Below are positions 1 to 13,292 of a stretch of DNA of 64,000 bases, piece by piece. The stretch comes from Intoshia linei (Eukaryota; Animalia; Orthonectida), in NCBI GenBank assembly GCA_001642005.1, contig LWCA01000002.1, positions 73,954 through 137,953 on the forward strand. Reading direction: 5' to 3'. Numbering within the stretch: position 1 is the stretch's first letter; every line of letters starts with the position of its first letter. The position numbers and the translations under genes were made by a program. Below the pieces are notes generated by a model. It saw only the letters and a list, made by a program, of their open reading frames with translations, did no database searches and had not been told where the DNA came from.

Positions 1-3000
1 CTTGGACTAAGGCAATTCCCGGATCTTCAGTAATATTTGTAATTTCTAAAACAAATTATTATTTTCAATTATCATTTACGAGTGCTGTTATCAGGTGCCG
101 ATTCAAGGTTCATTTCTAAAGTTTAAATTTAAATTATGAAATAAAGATTACAGAAACCTTGTTTGGGTTTATTTTTGGAAAGCGTTTATATAAACAGATG
201 GTTAACTCAAACAGGATCGGAATTTAACACACAGCCGAACCCAAAACACCCATACACATCCTCTTGTGGGTCAACGTAATTTTTTTAAAATTTGGGACTC
301 ATTTTTCCAATTTGAGCCTTACAAAAATTATATTTCTGAATATTATAATCATTTTGTATCAAATTATGACTTCAAGCCCAGAGTTTGGACTCCGGACAAG
401 TGGATATGATTATATGACATTACGTATAAATTTTGAATATTTTATAGAGGCTTAATAATATTTTCAGGGCTTCGAGATAGGTAGGTTAGGCTCTGCATTA
501 ATAAAAATTTGAAAATACCTTTAATTTTCTTTTTGTAATATCTTACAAGCACCAGCCTTATTAGTATCGCTGTAATTATAGCTGCACCCGTAGCAATGAC
601 ATATGGTAACCAATGTGTTAAATTATCAATATGCATCCCTATATAAAAATGTTATAATTAACAAAATAAAATTAATCAAGTCACTTTGTATAAACTTTAT
701 AATTATAAAGTTAATTAATATAATTATAAACTTGATTATAATCAAATTAAAATAAATTACAATTTGGTGGACTGTAGAATATAGAAAAACTATTAATCCA
801 TAAAGGAAGTGCATATATAAACGGTAACGCTATCAGCAATATAGGTATGCGATTAATCTACAAATGTAAATAATTAAAAGATATAATATTATATGCAACA
901 TGTAATATTTATCATTTTTTTATACAAGTCTTCATTACAACTGTTTAAATTTAAATAAAAAATTAATCGATATCATTTTATTATTCGAATTTTTTAATCT
1001 ACCAGTAGAAATCAAACAATGTGCAATGTAGTTGCAAATTCTTAACTTTAAAAGTTTTGTTTAAGATAAAAATTAATTTCGTCATGTTACCGGTAGTTTG
1101 GTTCTTTGGGTCACTGATTTAAGCAATGAATATGAAAATTACCCTAGTTAAAATTCCATAATAAATTATGCCATAGAAAATGAGGGTCAAGAAGCCAGAA
1201 ATGATTGGAGAAGTAATCCACGATATTGCTATATTAATAACGGCTGTCCAATTAATTCCATTAAAACCATTTATAGCCAACGAATAACCTAGCGTTGCTC
1301 CAACAATGCTGTGCGAACCTGAAACAGGTAAACCACATAATGTTGCTATTATCATCCATGTAAAACCACCTAAACATTATATATTAATTAATAATATCAT
1401 GTAATACAATCTAACCGAGTGGTTCCCAAACGGTGTGGTGCGCCGCGACGATTTAGTGCAGTGATCGATAAAGGTGTATTTTCGTGTTAAAAATACAGAC
1501 TTGACGTATTTTTAAAATACTTTAAAAAAATAATTACAAACAGTCAAAATAAACTTAATAAATTAACATTTTGTGTCAAAGTTCGTTCCACACTAGGGCT
1601 ATCCCAATTTGGACTTTTTTTCAAATTTAAAAAAAACATGTATAATAAGATATGTAAATAGACAATAATCTCCATTTCATTTGCTGCAGAATGATATAAA
1701 TATTTTTTTGTTTTCCTCACAAAAAACCCCTGCGTCTATACCTTTTTCTGTTTTCCTAACATTTTTCATAGTAAAAAAATATGGCAACATTTTTTCATCG
1801 TAGTTTCCATGCATTTGGTATAATTTTGAGATATAACATAGATCATGTGACACTAATCATATTAATTCAAAAAATTAAAAAAAAATCGCATATTTTAGAC
1901 ACAATTTACAGACAAACTGTTTATCATTTTCAAAAAAATCATATAATTTCAAAGAAAAACGTGAATTTATATGAACTGGGTTAAAATGTTTTAAATGCTT
2001 TTACTCAAATATTTTTGAAGTACTATTGTAGAAAAATAATTTTTTTAAACACACACAATATAAATATGAAATTTGGCCAACCAACGGAGTGTTTATCTTC
2101 CTCCTATTCAGTAAACGTTATCAATCCTGACGAATGGTTTAAACCAGTGGTTCCTAAAGTGGTCCACATGGACCACTGGTGCTCTACAGGAAATTAAATG
2201 TGGTCCAAAAGAAAAATTTGAAATGAAATAAAATGAAAATAACCTTTTTTTAACAATAATAATAAATTAGAATCATTTAATCAAAATGAAGTGAAAATTT
2301 ACTGAATAACGTGAATAATTTTCACATGCGTTAAATTTTAATCTATGTAACGATTTAACTTAGTTCCATTGTAGTATCCAGAATTGAACCTAGCAAGCCC
2401 GTCGCCACTTCAAAAATGAAAAATAGCCATTTAAAAAATTTGTAAACGAATTATAATGTCATATAACCCTATCCACCTTTCGCTCATTAAGACTCTTGGG
2501 TTGACATTTTTAATTTAACACTCAAATTAGTTGATATACATGATTTTTTTAATGCTCAATTTAGTAAATTAAAGCCTCCATTTTAAAAAAAATTCGTCGA
2601 GATCCCTCGGTGAAAGGATATCGCATACTGCACTGGTAGTTCGCCATAAGCATTTTTGAAATTAAGAATTTTTTTAATTACGCCATTGAAGCTACCTTGT
2701 CAAAATTAATGTAAAATTTTCGATTTAAGAAGAAATATATAATAAAAAAATCAAAATATTATCTGTGACGTTTTCAGGATTAAGGGGATTTTTTTGTGTG
2801 ACAAGTGCTGGTTTAACCACTGGTTTAAACAATTCGAAAACTTAAAAAATAAATTATACGGACTCAAATAAGGATAAAGTTAAAGCAATCATATGACATG
2901 TATTGGTGAAAAAGCTAGAGCAAAATTAGGATGCAAGACTAAACTAAATAAGCAGAATATTATGCATGAATTGCGCTAATAGATCCAAATGAACCCATTA

Positions 3001-6000
3001 GATTCGCCTAAAGAATGGTATCAATTAAAAAAATTACCAAGTGCCACCTTGGATGAGTTTTTTTAAAATATGTATGCAATTTATGCAAAATGCGATTTTA
3101 ATAAAAAAGACAACCTGATGCGCGATAAAATTGTTTTTGGATGCAACGATGTAAAACTAGAAAGTCGCCTCATAATTAAAAAAAATTTAACCGTGGAAAT
3201 AGCGAAAGAAATATGTCAAAATCACGAATTAACGCAAAAATTGAAATGTTCAAATATTTTCAATGTTGATAAAATTGTAGCATATAAATGCGGATCTTGC
3301 GGTAAAGTTGAAAATTCGAGTTATCACAATTTCCCTGCAAAATCAGTTGAATGCTTTAATTGCAAGAAACGGGGTCATTTGGCTCGATGGTGTCGCAGTA
3401 GAAAACAGAAATTTATCAAAGGTACATTTTTGAATAATAAAAATATAGTTAGGATATATTTATCTTGAATTGGGAAATCAAAAATTAAGATTCCAGGTTG
3501 ATACGGGCAGTGACATTTTCCTAGCACAGTAATTTTTTGAATATATCTTAGTTATCATTAGAGCGATTATTTTTTAAATAGGGCAAATTTTGATATGTTC
3601 ATACGCATCAAATTACAATCACAATGATAGTAATTTTACGTGTATTTATTGGCTAATTAAAATATATTTTCAAACATTAATTTTGTTTTATACAATTTTT
3701 GTTGTGTTTTGTACTTTTATTTTATACATGATTGTAGTAAATAAACTTATTATTAATTTTTATATCACTCACTAAAAGCAGTTTTTATTTATTCTTAACT
3801 TATTTCTATTCACAATATAGGTAATTTAGCAATACTTTTATGATTAATGTTTTTTTAAGCATGCCAAAATATACAAAATCTAAATATGAAAAAATTTACA
3901 ATATTACAAAACTTTATCCTAGTGAATTTACTAAGAATGACGACAATTTAATTTTGTATGAAATGTTGCAATGTTACTTTTACAAAATTAATTTAATTAC
4001 ATCGCAAATTAGCAAAACACAAGAGTTTTACGCATATTGTCAGTATTGGAAGTTCAATTAGAACATCGAATGACTTTGCAACAGAAATGGCGGAAGCAAT
4101 TCTATCTGCGGACATACTGCTAAAAAGTTAAATAACGTCAAGTTAACAACAATATTTAATTAAAAGGGAATAATTTTGCCATCTGAAAGCAATTGCAGAA
4201 ATAAAATTGATGATTTGTATTTGAATGAAATGGAGAGAATAAAAAATTATTGTATTAATAAATTAATCTATCATTATGGACGAAACTGATTTAAATCCAT
4301 ATAAGTACATTAATACTATGGTCGGAACATTAGAAACATCTCAGAATGTAATATTATATGATTGTAAAAATATTACAAGTAATATAAACGGACAAATGGT
4401 CATTCATACTCTTCATGATACAATTAAAAATAATTAAACAAAACAAAAAAATTTTTTAAAAGATAATTTTAAAAAATATTTGATTTTGTACTACAACAAA
4501 TAATACACTTTTTATACATCTTTATTAAGACTTAAATTAGGGATCGGAAACCTTTTGCATCTAGTGGACCACTTTTCTATTCTTTACAGGTGTATTAGAA
4601 ATAGTGGATTTGACTAACGAGTACTAAATTTAAAAAAAGTTATGAAACTCTAAATTAGATATTTACAGACATAAGACACACTGCTTGTTCTACAACAACT
4701 ATCTAATAATGGCAATACAATTATGTTTTAAAATTTATATAACGGTGCTACTGCCAACAAGGCCCCAGAAATATTATTATGGCAAATAAGAGATTTCATC
4801 ACTGTTTAGAAAAAAATTTAACGAAAAAAACAAAAGTTAATAATTAGTTTTTTTCCAAAAGTTAATAAAGTTAAAGAAATTTGATTTGTAAGTTAAATTT
4901 TTTTATTATAGGTTAAAAAAAATCGCCATAGTTATCATATTTAAAGCAATAGTACCTGCAACCATGGCAACTATTAGCGGCAGGATAAAGGTTAAAGTGA
5001 CCAGAAAAAATATGTACTATCAATTTTAATTTATTTGGTGTTAATTATAAAGCTAAAACTACTTATCTATGATAACAATTAAAAAATTTTTGGCTTAAAG
5101 TTTATTCCAAATAAACTAAAAGTGATAGTACGTATTTTTCTGGCCACTTTAAATTATTGGTATATAAATTTATTAACACAAGGGATTATAAAAATTTTCA
5201 ATAAACTAACTGAGAAATCATAAAATAAAAACTTTAAACATCAAGAAGCGGGGGTTTTTTGATAAATATTAATGCCATTCTGCAACAAATTAAGCGAGTC
5301 TCATCGTATATATGTGTCATTTTTATATAAGGGAAATGGAATAGCTCTATTGCACACATCACAAAACCTGACACATCAAATATTGACCTTGAACAAAGTA
5401 GATATACTATTGTATAATCTTAACCTTTAACATATTCATTGATTTTCAACTACACTTTAGAATTAATTAAGTAGTCATTGTCAATTTATATTAACTCACA
5501 TTAATTTTGCATTTTTTTGTCTTTGATATTAAAATACATGTAGAATCTACATTGTAGATACATTCCTATTTCTCATCTTATCAAATATATCATATTATTA
5601 TAGTAAATAGTAATTACTGTATTGTATGTAAATAGTTAATGGGACAATATGGGTGGACATAATTACTTATATAAAATTGAATGTTTGTGTTACCGTTTAT
5701 TTAAAAAATTAAGTTTTTGAATTGAAAATTTTATTTTTCTGGAATTCATGTTATTTATGATTACTGTTTAAGATTATACTCATTTTCTATAATCAAGTAA
5801 AAATTTTGGCTTCGGTAAAGCTAGCTGGTGTTTGTACCAAGTACATAACAGTCAAGTTAGTTATAGTATAATTTTACCATATGAGATCGAAATATAATCT
5901 TGACAGATTGATATTATAATACCGGTTACAGGCTAGACCAAAATGACGAACCCTGGTAAATATAAACTTGGTTGAAGTTGTTAAATTTCAACGATATAAA

Positions 6001-6737
6001 TTAATAAATGGAATCGATCGTATTAATATATGTATATTGAATACTATTATAATGATGTAGACATAATTATAATCAATAAATAGGATTAATTTAAAACGAA
6101 AATGCTGGCTCAGATTTAAAATAAATACATAAAATGAACTTATAATTCATGAAAAAATGATTACTAATTAGGGCAGCAATGTTTCCATATACGTACTCGT
6201 CGAGCTTTCCATCAAATATAGAAATATTAAATATACTTTTGCGTATCATTGAAGCTACTTTATAACCTAAATAATAAATAAATTGTGTAATATACTGTAG
6301 ATATATATTAGAAAGGTAATAATTTGACTCAATTAAACTAAATTTGCTTTAAATAATCTAAGTAAAGTACATTGATATTAAATATAATATTGATGTTAAA
6401 AATTAGATGAAAATATCAAACAGAAAAATCTAATTGTATTTGATTTTTCATAAATAATAATAAGATTACCCAAAGTAGTAGCACCTATTGTTTCAAAAAT
6501 TGAGGCAAGTACCAACGCTTGTCGCAGAGTGAGAGCTCCGGAACCAACCGACGTACCGAACGAATTGGCTACATCATTAGCTCCCATACTCATGGACAAT
6601 ACAAACGCGAGACAGAGAGACGCGACAAGCAAGATGATTGATTGCGTGCTAAATCCATTATATAATACAGCTGAGGTTGTGATAACAAATGAGAGGGTCG
6701 TAGGGTTTACTGATGAAGAAAGCAATTTTAATTTCAT
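1..6737 (-). CDS. SLC20: Sodium-dependent phosphate transporter, SLC20/PiT family; multi-exon, continues beyond the left edge
   Basis: PHO4 signature [16 protein letters not shown] and the [11 protein letters not shown] motif. GT-AG exons keep frame: 6470-~6737, 6165-6266, 1143-1369, 761-857, 519-638, 80-115, 1-45. Start codon uncertain (MKLKLL at 6737 assumed). Confidence 0.93.
2460..2800 (+). repeat. Dispersed repeat; near-identical copy at ~41313-41675, related pieces at ~31716-31940 and ~42900-43170
   Basis: Shared blocks such as aatttagtaaattaaagcctccattttaaaaaaa and ttacgccattgaagctacc..gtcaaaattaatgtaaaattt. Confidence 0.75.
2890..3520 (+). mobile_element. Degenerate Ty3/gypsy-type LTR retrotransposon gag-protease remnant in SLC20 intron 2
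   Basis: ORF 3070-3468 has a gag-like MRDKIVFG segment and a CCHC knuckle ([14 protein letters not shown]). An aspartic protease motif FQVDTGSDI follows at ~3491-3517, after the ORF's stop. Confidence 0.8.
3840..4435 (+). pseudogene. hAT-derived (CGGBP1-like) transposase remnant
   Basis: Frameshifted fragments [19 protein letters not shown] and [20 protein letters not shown] resemble the first catalytic-Asp region (DET) of hAT-like transposases; multiple stops. Confidence 0.5.
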
Positions 6738-8296
6738 AATTCCAAATTGACTAAATTGCAAATAGGTAAATGCAAAATCGGTTGCAGTAGTAGTTGAATA
6801 TACAAGTTAAATTGAATAAGAAATGTTGTTTAACTAAATAGAAAATAACACAATTTGCTGTTTGTTTGTTTACTTTGTGTAAAATTATACTATAAATTTG
6901 ATTTCACAATTTGTAGGTTTTAAATTTGCTCATAATTAGCTTAACACATCAGAGATTTTTATTTTGTAATTTCACGTATCAAATATCACTATGTGCAAGT
7001 AATGATGGTTCAGAGTACAAAATCCAATGAGAATCTTGTTCCATTTGATATTGTCATTAAAACTTGTTGAAACCTATAGATTTTGTCAGCGATGAATATT
7101 TTTTAATTTTTATAAAATTAAATTGTACATTTTAAAGGAAAGTCTTTACTATTTATTTTATTCAACTATTGTGTCTATTTTTGAACATTATAAATGCGTA
7201 GGTGGAATTGGATTTATGAATCTAGACTAAAGATTATTTTGAACTACGTGGTATTAGTTGATAGACAAAAAGTGGCTAAAATGATTAATGAATAAAATAT
7301 TAATTGTTATATTGTCAAGTATTCAACAAAATATTGATCCAAGAAGTTGACTAGAATGTAGAATTTATATTTTTTATCATATTTCAGTTTTTTACTTTAA
7401 GTTAAGTTTAGTGTCTAGTGGCAACGTGTTTTTTAATGATTTTATTCTACATATTTATAAGGTTAAATGTTCTTTTTTGAGTATTCAACTTTTGGTAATC
7501 AAGCCAATATTACAATATTTAGTAAATAAAAAACTAAAAATACTCAACAATAAATATTACGACAACTACAAACGAGCCTGCTAATTCTGTCGTTTCTATC
7601 AGGTAAGACAGTATCTCCCAACCTTTTTTGTGATACACCACTTTCAATCTTAAAAAATACCAAGCCGCACTTCAAAAAATGCTGTTAGGTCATTTTTTTG
7701 CTGATAAAAAATGTACTCGTCAAAACTATTTACTTTAACCCTTACGAGACCATGCTGATTATCAAAATTGAAAGCAAAAAATTTCACTTTTGAAATGTTA
7801 AAAAACACGAAAATTTTAAGCTTAAAATTAATAAATTTCACATGTCATTGATTTGTAAAGTGAACAACTTAAATTTTGCTAAATATTTGTCTAAAAATTA
7901 ATATTAAAATATTAATTTATGACACGTAATTACAATGACGTCGCGTGATTGTATATTAAAATATAATCTATTTTATTGCTGGCACCAACATTGATAATAA
8001 AATTAATTTTTACCCATATTACATGTTATTGTATGAGCAACAATTTGTTCATAATTTATATTGGTACCGTCTTATTTTGGTTTGTCTACAAAGCAATCTA
8101 AATTTATGAGTGTAGTTTTTGGTATCTATACATGCAATTATCTCGTAAGGGTTAATACAGTAAATATTTTTTACTAAAAGTGAGTAAGTCCTCAGTGAAG
8201 ACCTATTTGCAGTTTATTCGTAAATATTTAACTTTTTTTAAATTTACAATTATTTTATTATTCTTTAAAAAAAATTTGTGAGCGTAGCTTGGTGGA

Positions 8297-9710
8297 CACT
8301 GCTTCTCAAAGTAATAAACGTCGTGGACATCAAAATTTAAAAATCATTTATTATGGATCACTAAAATATTTATATGTAAATATTGTTTTCATCATTTTAT
8401 CTACTTTAATTATAAAATTTAATGTAAATATTAATCATATTTTTAATTAGGAAATTTTTTTCTTACTTTCTAAAATATTTTTGGCAATCAATATTGAATC
8501 AAAAAAATGTTGGAAAATGAGGATTTTACCGTACAGGGTTGGTATAATTGTATTTTTTCTTGTCAGATTTGGAAAAAACGGATTTTTCCATTAAGTAATG
8601 CTACCATATTATATATGTAGTAGTACTAGGTTAATTGCTATGTACTACGTACAAACATCACCTAGCTCTGCCGAGGGCACATTTATATTATTCCAAAAAA
8701 ATAAATTCACATTGAAAATCTAACTTAAAAATCCATACTATTCACTATTATCAATCCTTTAAAGAAGTGATTGGCCAACTTGTTTCAGGTGAAATCGTCA
8801 TATAACATTAATTTTTACTTTAACGTGAATTATTACACCTTAATTTTGTTTTAATATTTGCGTAAATTCCAAGGGAATGAATTATATCGATTTTCACCTA
8901 TATTTCTTTATTGTATCTTTCATATTTTTGAAATTGTAAGATCAATATTTACATTTTCAATTTTTGTTTTAATCGCAATATTTGAAAAATATTGGTTGAA
9001 TATATATTAAAAACTATTTTTCATCGGGAATTCGAAGATTTCTCGGGTTGAACTTTTGTATTTATATCAACTGGAATAAGCTCTGTCAATCAGACAATTG
9101 TTATTAGATCTTTTAGTCGGTTATTATTACTAGAGTCTAATTTTTTTATTTACCTTTTCGGACCGTTAATTATTTCTCATTTTTTGTTTTAATAAAATAT
9201 AAGAATACTAAAATGCTTTTTTCACCGTGAAGTCGTCACTTATTCGGATCGAAATTTTTTGTGTGTGTTAACAGGATACAACTGTACCACCTGTAAATTT
9301 GTTGTAATTCTAGGGCTGTTTTCATTAAAAAAAGAAGGGTAATTTGAGGTTTTGGCTCTTAAGATATAATTTTTTTAAATTTAAATTTATGGTAACGTCT
9401 ATGATTTTAAAATCCGTATCCGTATGATATTTTTCAAATACATTAGAAACTATTTGGCCCATATCTATCTTCAACGAACGAATTCATAAAAAAAAAAATT
9501 TCATGTATGTCTATCTGACCTGGCTATATTTTCTACTAGTCACATTCAGGAATGTTGAAAAAAAGTTCCGATTTGTCGTCTAGTGTAATATCGTAACACT
9601 ACCTTAAGGGTTGGTAAATTTCGATTTTTTCATTTGTATATAGTAGTTTTCCCCATAATAATATTAATTTAATACCTGAAATATATTATGGAGCCCTTTG
9701 AGAAGTACTG
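8297..9710. mobile_element. Old hAT-type non-autonomous element containing a Helitron copy
   Basis: Imperfect TIRs cactgcttctcaaag / ctttgagaagtactg; TSD not preserved. Confidence 0.5.
8626..9420 (-). mobile_element. 5'-truncated copy of the non-autonomous Helitron family
   Basis: Colinear with 60347-61260 (ctagctctgccgaggg, aactggaataagctct, ccgtgaagtcgtcact, aacaggatacaactgtaccac); CTAG terminus at 8626-8629. Confidence 0.8.
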
Positions 9711-9812
9711 CTTTAGAGTCTATATAATGATAGAAGTGAAATCTGAGAAACTGATGCAAAACAATAAAAATATATATATAATTTATTTCTATATAAGATC
9801 AAAGATCTAATA

Positions 9813-9891
9813 AATACAATGAAATTTTTTGTTCTAATGGAGAAATGAAAACTTTGTAACACCATCATCATGTAAAAAAAAAGATTGCATT
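9813..9891 (-). promoter_or_regulatory. SECIS element in the TGR 3'UTR
   Basis: The minus strand reads AUGA(9871-9868)-12 nt-AAA(9855-9853)-18 nt-GA(9834-9833). GAUGG/CCAUU pair above the core; U-run/A-run and AAUGCAAU/AUUGUAUU pair below. It lies ~70 nt after the UGA, with AATAAA at 9787-9782. Confidence 0.8.
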
Positions 9892-9934
9892 AAAATTGAT
9901 ATAAAGCCAATTTAGCATTAAATACTAAATTGGC

Positions 9935-11950
9935 TTATCCTCAGCATCCAGATTTAGCAAAATTCTTGCCCGAACTTTTAGTAACTGTAAGAGAAAGCAA
10001 AATTTCACTACAAGTCGGGTGAATACCAATAGTTTCATCAAAATGTGATTTGGTTACACCAACAGTCATTGCAACGGCATAGCCTTGAGTAACTTCACCA
10101 GCATTTGGACCAAGATAGTGAAATCCAATAATTTTTTCATTTTGAGATTTAATACAAATTAATTTGCAATAACATTTATTCTCGTTATTTTCAACAATAG
10201 CCCATTCTAATGGAGTGAAGTGTGTGTGATAAACTTCGATATCTTCTTGACCATACTTTGAAATGGCATCTTCTTCAGAAAGGCCAATAAACCCGTATTC
10301 GATAGGCGTAAAAACAGTGGTGGGAATGATATTATAGTTGGTAATAGTTTTGGATTTTGTAAACATTCGATCGACTAATAATTGACCAGCTTTGATGGCA
10401 ACAGGAGTTAGTTGAGGTTTTTGATAGAGCACATCTCCGATAGCAAAAATGTTATTAACCGCAGTGGTTTCGTTTTTATCAACAATGAATCCATTTTTTA
10501 GCTGTATTCCCAATTTTTCGAGGTCAAGCTGCTGTGTCAAAGGATATCGCCCAATAGCAAACAAGACTGTGTCGTATTCTTCTGTAATTGCGTTTGAATT
10601 GTCTTTAGTAGATTTTGCAGTTATTTTAATGCGCTTTTTCGATGCGTCAACAGAATTTGCATTTGTAGACTCTTCCATACTAGTCAATATGAACGGCCGA
10701 TAAGTCTTCAAATTCCCAATGGTATTCATATTGTCGTAGATTAATTCGGCAATTTGTTGATCAAAACCACGTAGCAATATTGACCGGATCATAAGATCAG
10801 TCTGATAACCGCAATGTGCTAAAAATCCAGCACATTCAAGCGCAATATATGATCCTCCTACCACAAGAGTTTTACCCGGAGGTTTTTTTAGCCAAAACAA
10901 ATCATCACTAGATATTCCCAATTTTTGTGCATTGGGTCCCAAATTATCCGGATAAATGGGTCTACCTCCAGCCGCCACAATAACGTACTTTGAAGATATA
11001 ATTTCAGTTTTACCATTAGGATGTTTCAATTCAATTTTATTCTTATCCTTGAAAACTCCTAAAGCTTTGTAATATTTTATACCCTCATCTTTAAATCGCA
11101 AGCGATAAGAGTAATTTAGAGATTTAATGTAATTGGAAATATTTTCGGCAATTTTAGCAAAATTGAAATTGGATTCACTCTTTTCCCAACCATAAAATTG
11201 AGAATCTTTAGCACTATGTTTATGCAATGCGGACGTGTGCCACAATTTTTTTGGAATACATCCAACATTAACACATGTACCTCCTACGCCCCATTTTGTC
11301 CCATGTTGAGTTGGCTGCACATAATCTATTACAGCTACCCGGAACCCAAAAGACGCAGCTCTAGAGGATGCAGCCAAACCACCTGAACCTCCACCAATGA
11401 TTATTACATCATAATCAAATTTATGATTCATTTTCAATTTTGTATCGACTAGTCCCATTTCATCTTCTTTCAACAAAACATCTGAACCGGAAATGTGAAA
11501 CCCGTTAATGTAGATCTGAGGAACTGTTTTAAGTTTTAAATCTTCGATAAAATACTTGCGAACAATAGGACCGTCGTTTTCTTTATCAAATTGGTAACTT
11601 TTATATTGTAAATTCTTTGATTTAAAGTATTCTTCAACTTTTTTACAATACGGACAAGTCGTCGTACTAAAAATGATTATTGGATTCGATTCAATTTCAA
11701 AGTTGACAAATTTCTTTACATCCGACATTTTTGTTAATTTGGAATAGTTTCTTTTACCACTATTATTTAAGGTACACAATGATTTAAAGTTTTGCAAATG
11801 TTTTATATTTAGTATTTGTGTGTTCTTGTGAAAATTTCGTATTGCAAAGCTATTGACTATGTTTCCAGAATAATTAACTTTAAATAGCGAGTTTAATCTG
11901 TGCTTTGTGTTTCTTTTGATACAAATACCTGCTATTTCGACTAGTTTCAT
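9935..11950 (-). CDS. TGR: Thioredoxin-glutathione reductase (Grx + TrxR fusion), selenoprotein, intronless
   Basis: Grx domain CPYC, FAD motif GGGSGG, redox motif CVNVGC, HPTCSE. The C-terminus reads GGA TGC TGA GGA TAA = Gly-Cys-Sec-Gly-stop, so the ORF-track stop at 9941-9943 is the Sec codon and the true stop is 9935-9937. Confidence 0.97.
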
Positions 11951-12240
11951 TCAATAACTACAACACAATGTATTATGTATTTTAAACATCCTGTCACTGA
12001 ACTTTAGTCTAAAGCTTAATAACCTGGCAATCAACTATTAAACTTTCAATATCATTTTACTGTTTAGTTTATTTATTATTTTTTAATTAATTTTGATATG
12101 ATAATCAGCATAATGATATCAAAGTTATATATACAGTCTAAGTCCTTATTAACGAAATTTTAAATTATTTATTTTTTCTTAACGAATTTGTATGCACCAA
12201 AAATTCAGTTAATAATAATTTTATCTCTAAAGCTCTAGAA

Positions 12241-13292
12241 CAGGGGTGCACAACGTGCGACCGTACGGCCGCATGCGGTCGTGAGAGCGTTTATGTGCAG
12301 CCGTGGGCAATACATCTGATCATAATGCAATATATAATTTTACTTCAAATTGTAAAGTTAAAATGACATTTTATTTAACATATTTTAATCAAAAAGTTAC
12401 ATTCTTGACTTTGCCCCAGTTTCTCTAATGTTAGCGAAAGGCACACCAAATCAAGGCAGTCACTAATATCTTTTTTATGTCATTATTAATATTTACATAT
12501 ATTTTTTTATGTCTTCATCTCTAATGTATCAACAAATCGGTTTTTAATGGAACTTTTTTCTGTTGTCCAATTATTATTAATTATTTGCCGAAAAATTAAT
12601 GTTTTTTCGAAAAAATATTAGTAAAAAAAGATTTTTAAAATTTTTTTAAAATCAAGTTTTTTTTTATGAATCATTCAGAAGAATTATTGAACTAAAAATT
12701 TGGTAAAATAGGATTTTTCATAAAAATATTGGTACAAGCGATTTTTTTCCTTAAGGGTTGGTTTAATTTGGTGTTTTCTTGTGAAATCTGATAAAGTAGA
12801 TTTTATTCTAAATTCTGATATTCTAAATTCTTATTCTAAAACTTTAGTAAAAATCGATTTTTAAAAAAAATATTGGTAAAAAAAGATTTCTTCCTTAAGG
12901 GTTGGTGAAATTTTCGTTTTATCTCATAAAAGTATATTAAATTGGATGATTTAATGAAATATTTTGAAAATTGTAGATTAGCCTACAATCATCTAAATTT
13001 TCGTATTCACCCCTTGGGGTGCCAGTCACCCCATGATAAGCACTGCATTAATCCTATTATTGTTATTTATTCCGATTCAAATAAATAAATAATGTGGTTA
13101 ATTTATATAAGTGAATTAAAAATTATTAATTAAAACTTGCTGATATTAAAATTTAAAGTAAACTATTTTATTAGACCTAAAATTCAGGTGCAGAGTAAAC
13201 TTTCTAAATGTCGAAGTAAATTTTGTGAAACCGTAGTATCAATGAGAAAATGAGCATTGTGGCTGAATTCGTGGGAAGGTTTTGCACCCCTG
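12241..13292. mobile_element. hAT (Charlie/Buster-like) MITE with a nested internal repeat element
   Basis: TIRs caggggtgcacaac / gttttgcacccctg; perfect 8-bp TSD ctctagaa (12233-12240, 13293-13300). The internal ~12560-13026 segment matches ~28960-29190 and ends in ataagcactg. Confidence 0.9.

Noticed and set aside
639-760. Repetitive taattataaa segment giving ORF 626-814
   Set aside because: It is a low-complexity SLC20 intron; the ORF is an artefact.
10449-11386. Plus-strand ORFs inside TGR, and similar ORFs at 6529, 17012, 22817, 40139 and 56826-57829
   Set aside because: They are antisense or alternate-frame shadows of real coding exons and carry no motifs.
12560-12960. Repeated aaatattggtaaaa...ccttaagggttgg units resembling a CRISPR array
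   Set aside because: The repeats are degenerate, irregularly spaced and lie inside a dispersed TE family; the context is eukaryotic and no cas genes are present.
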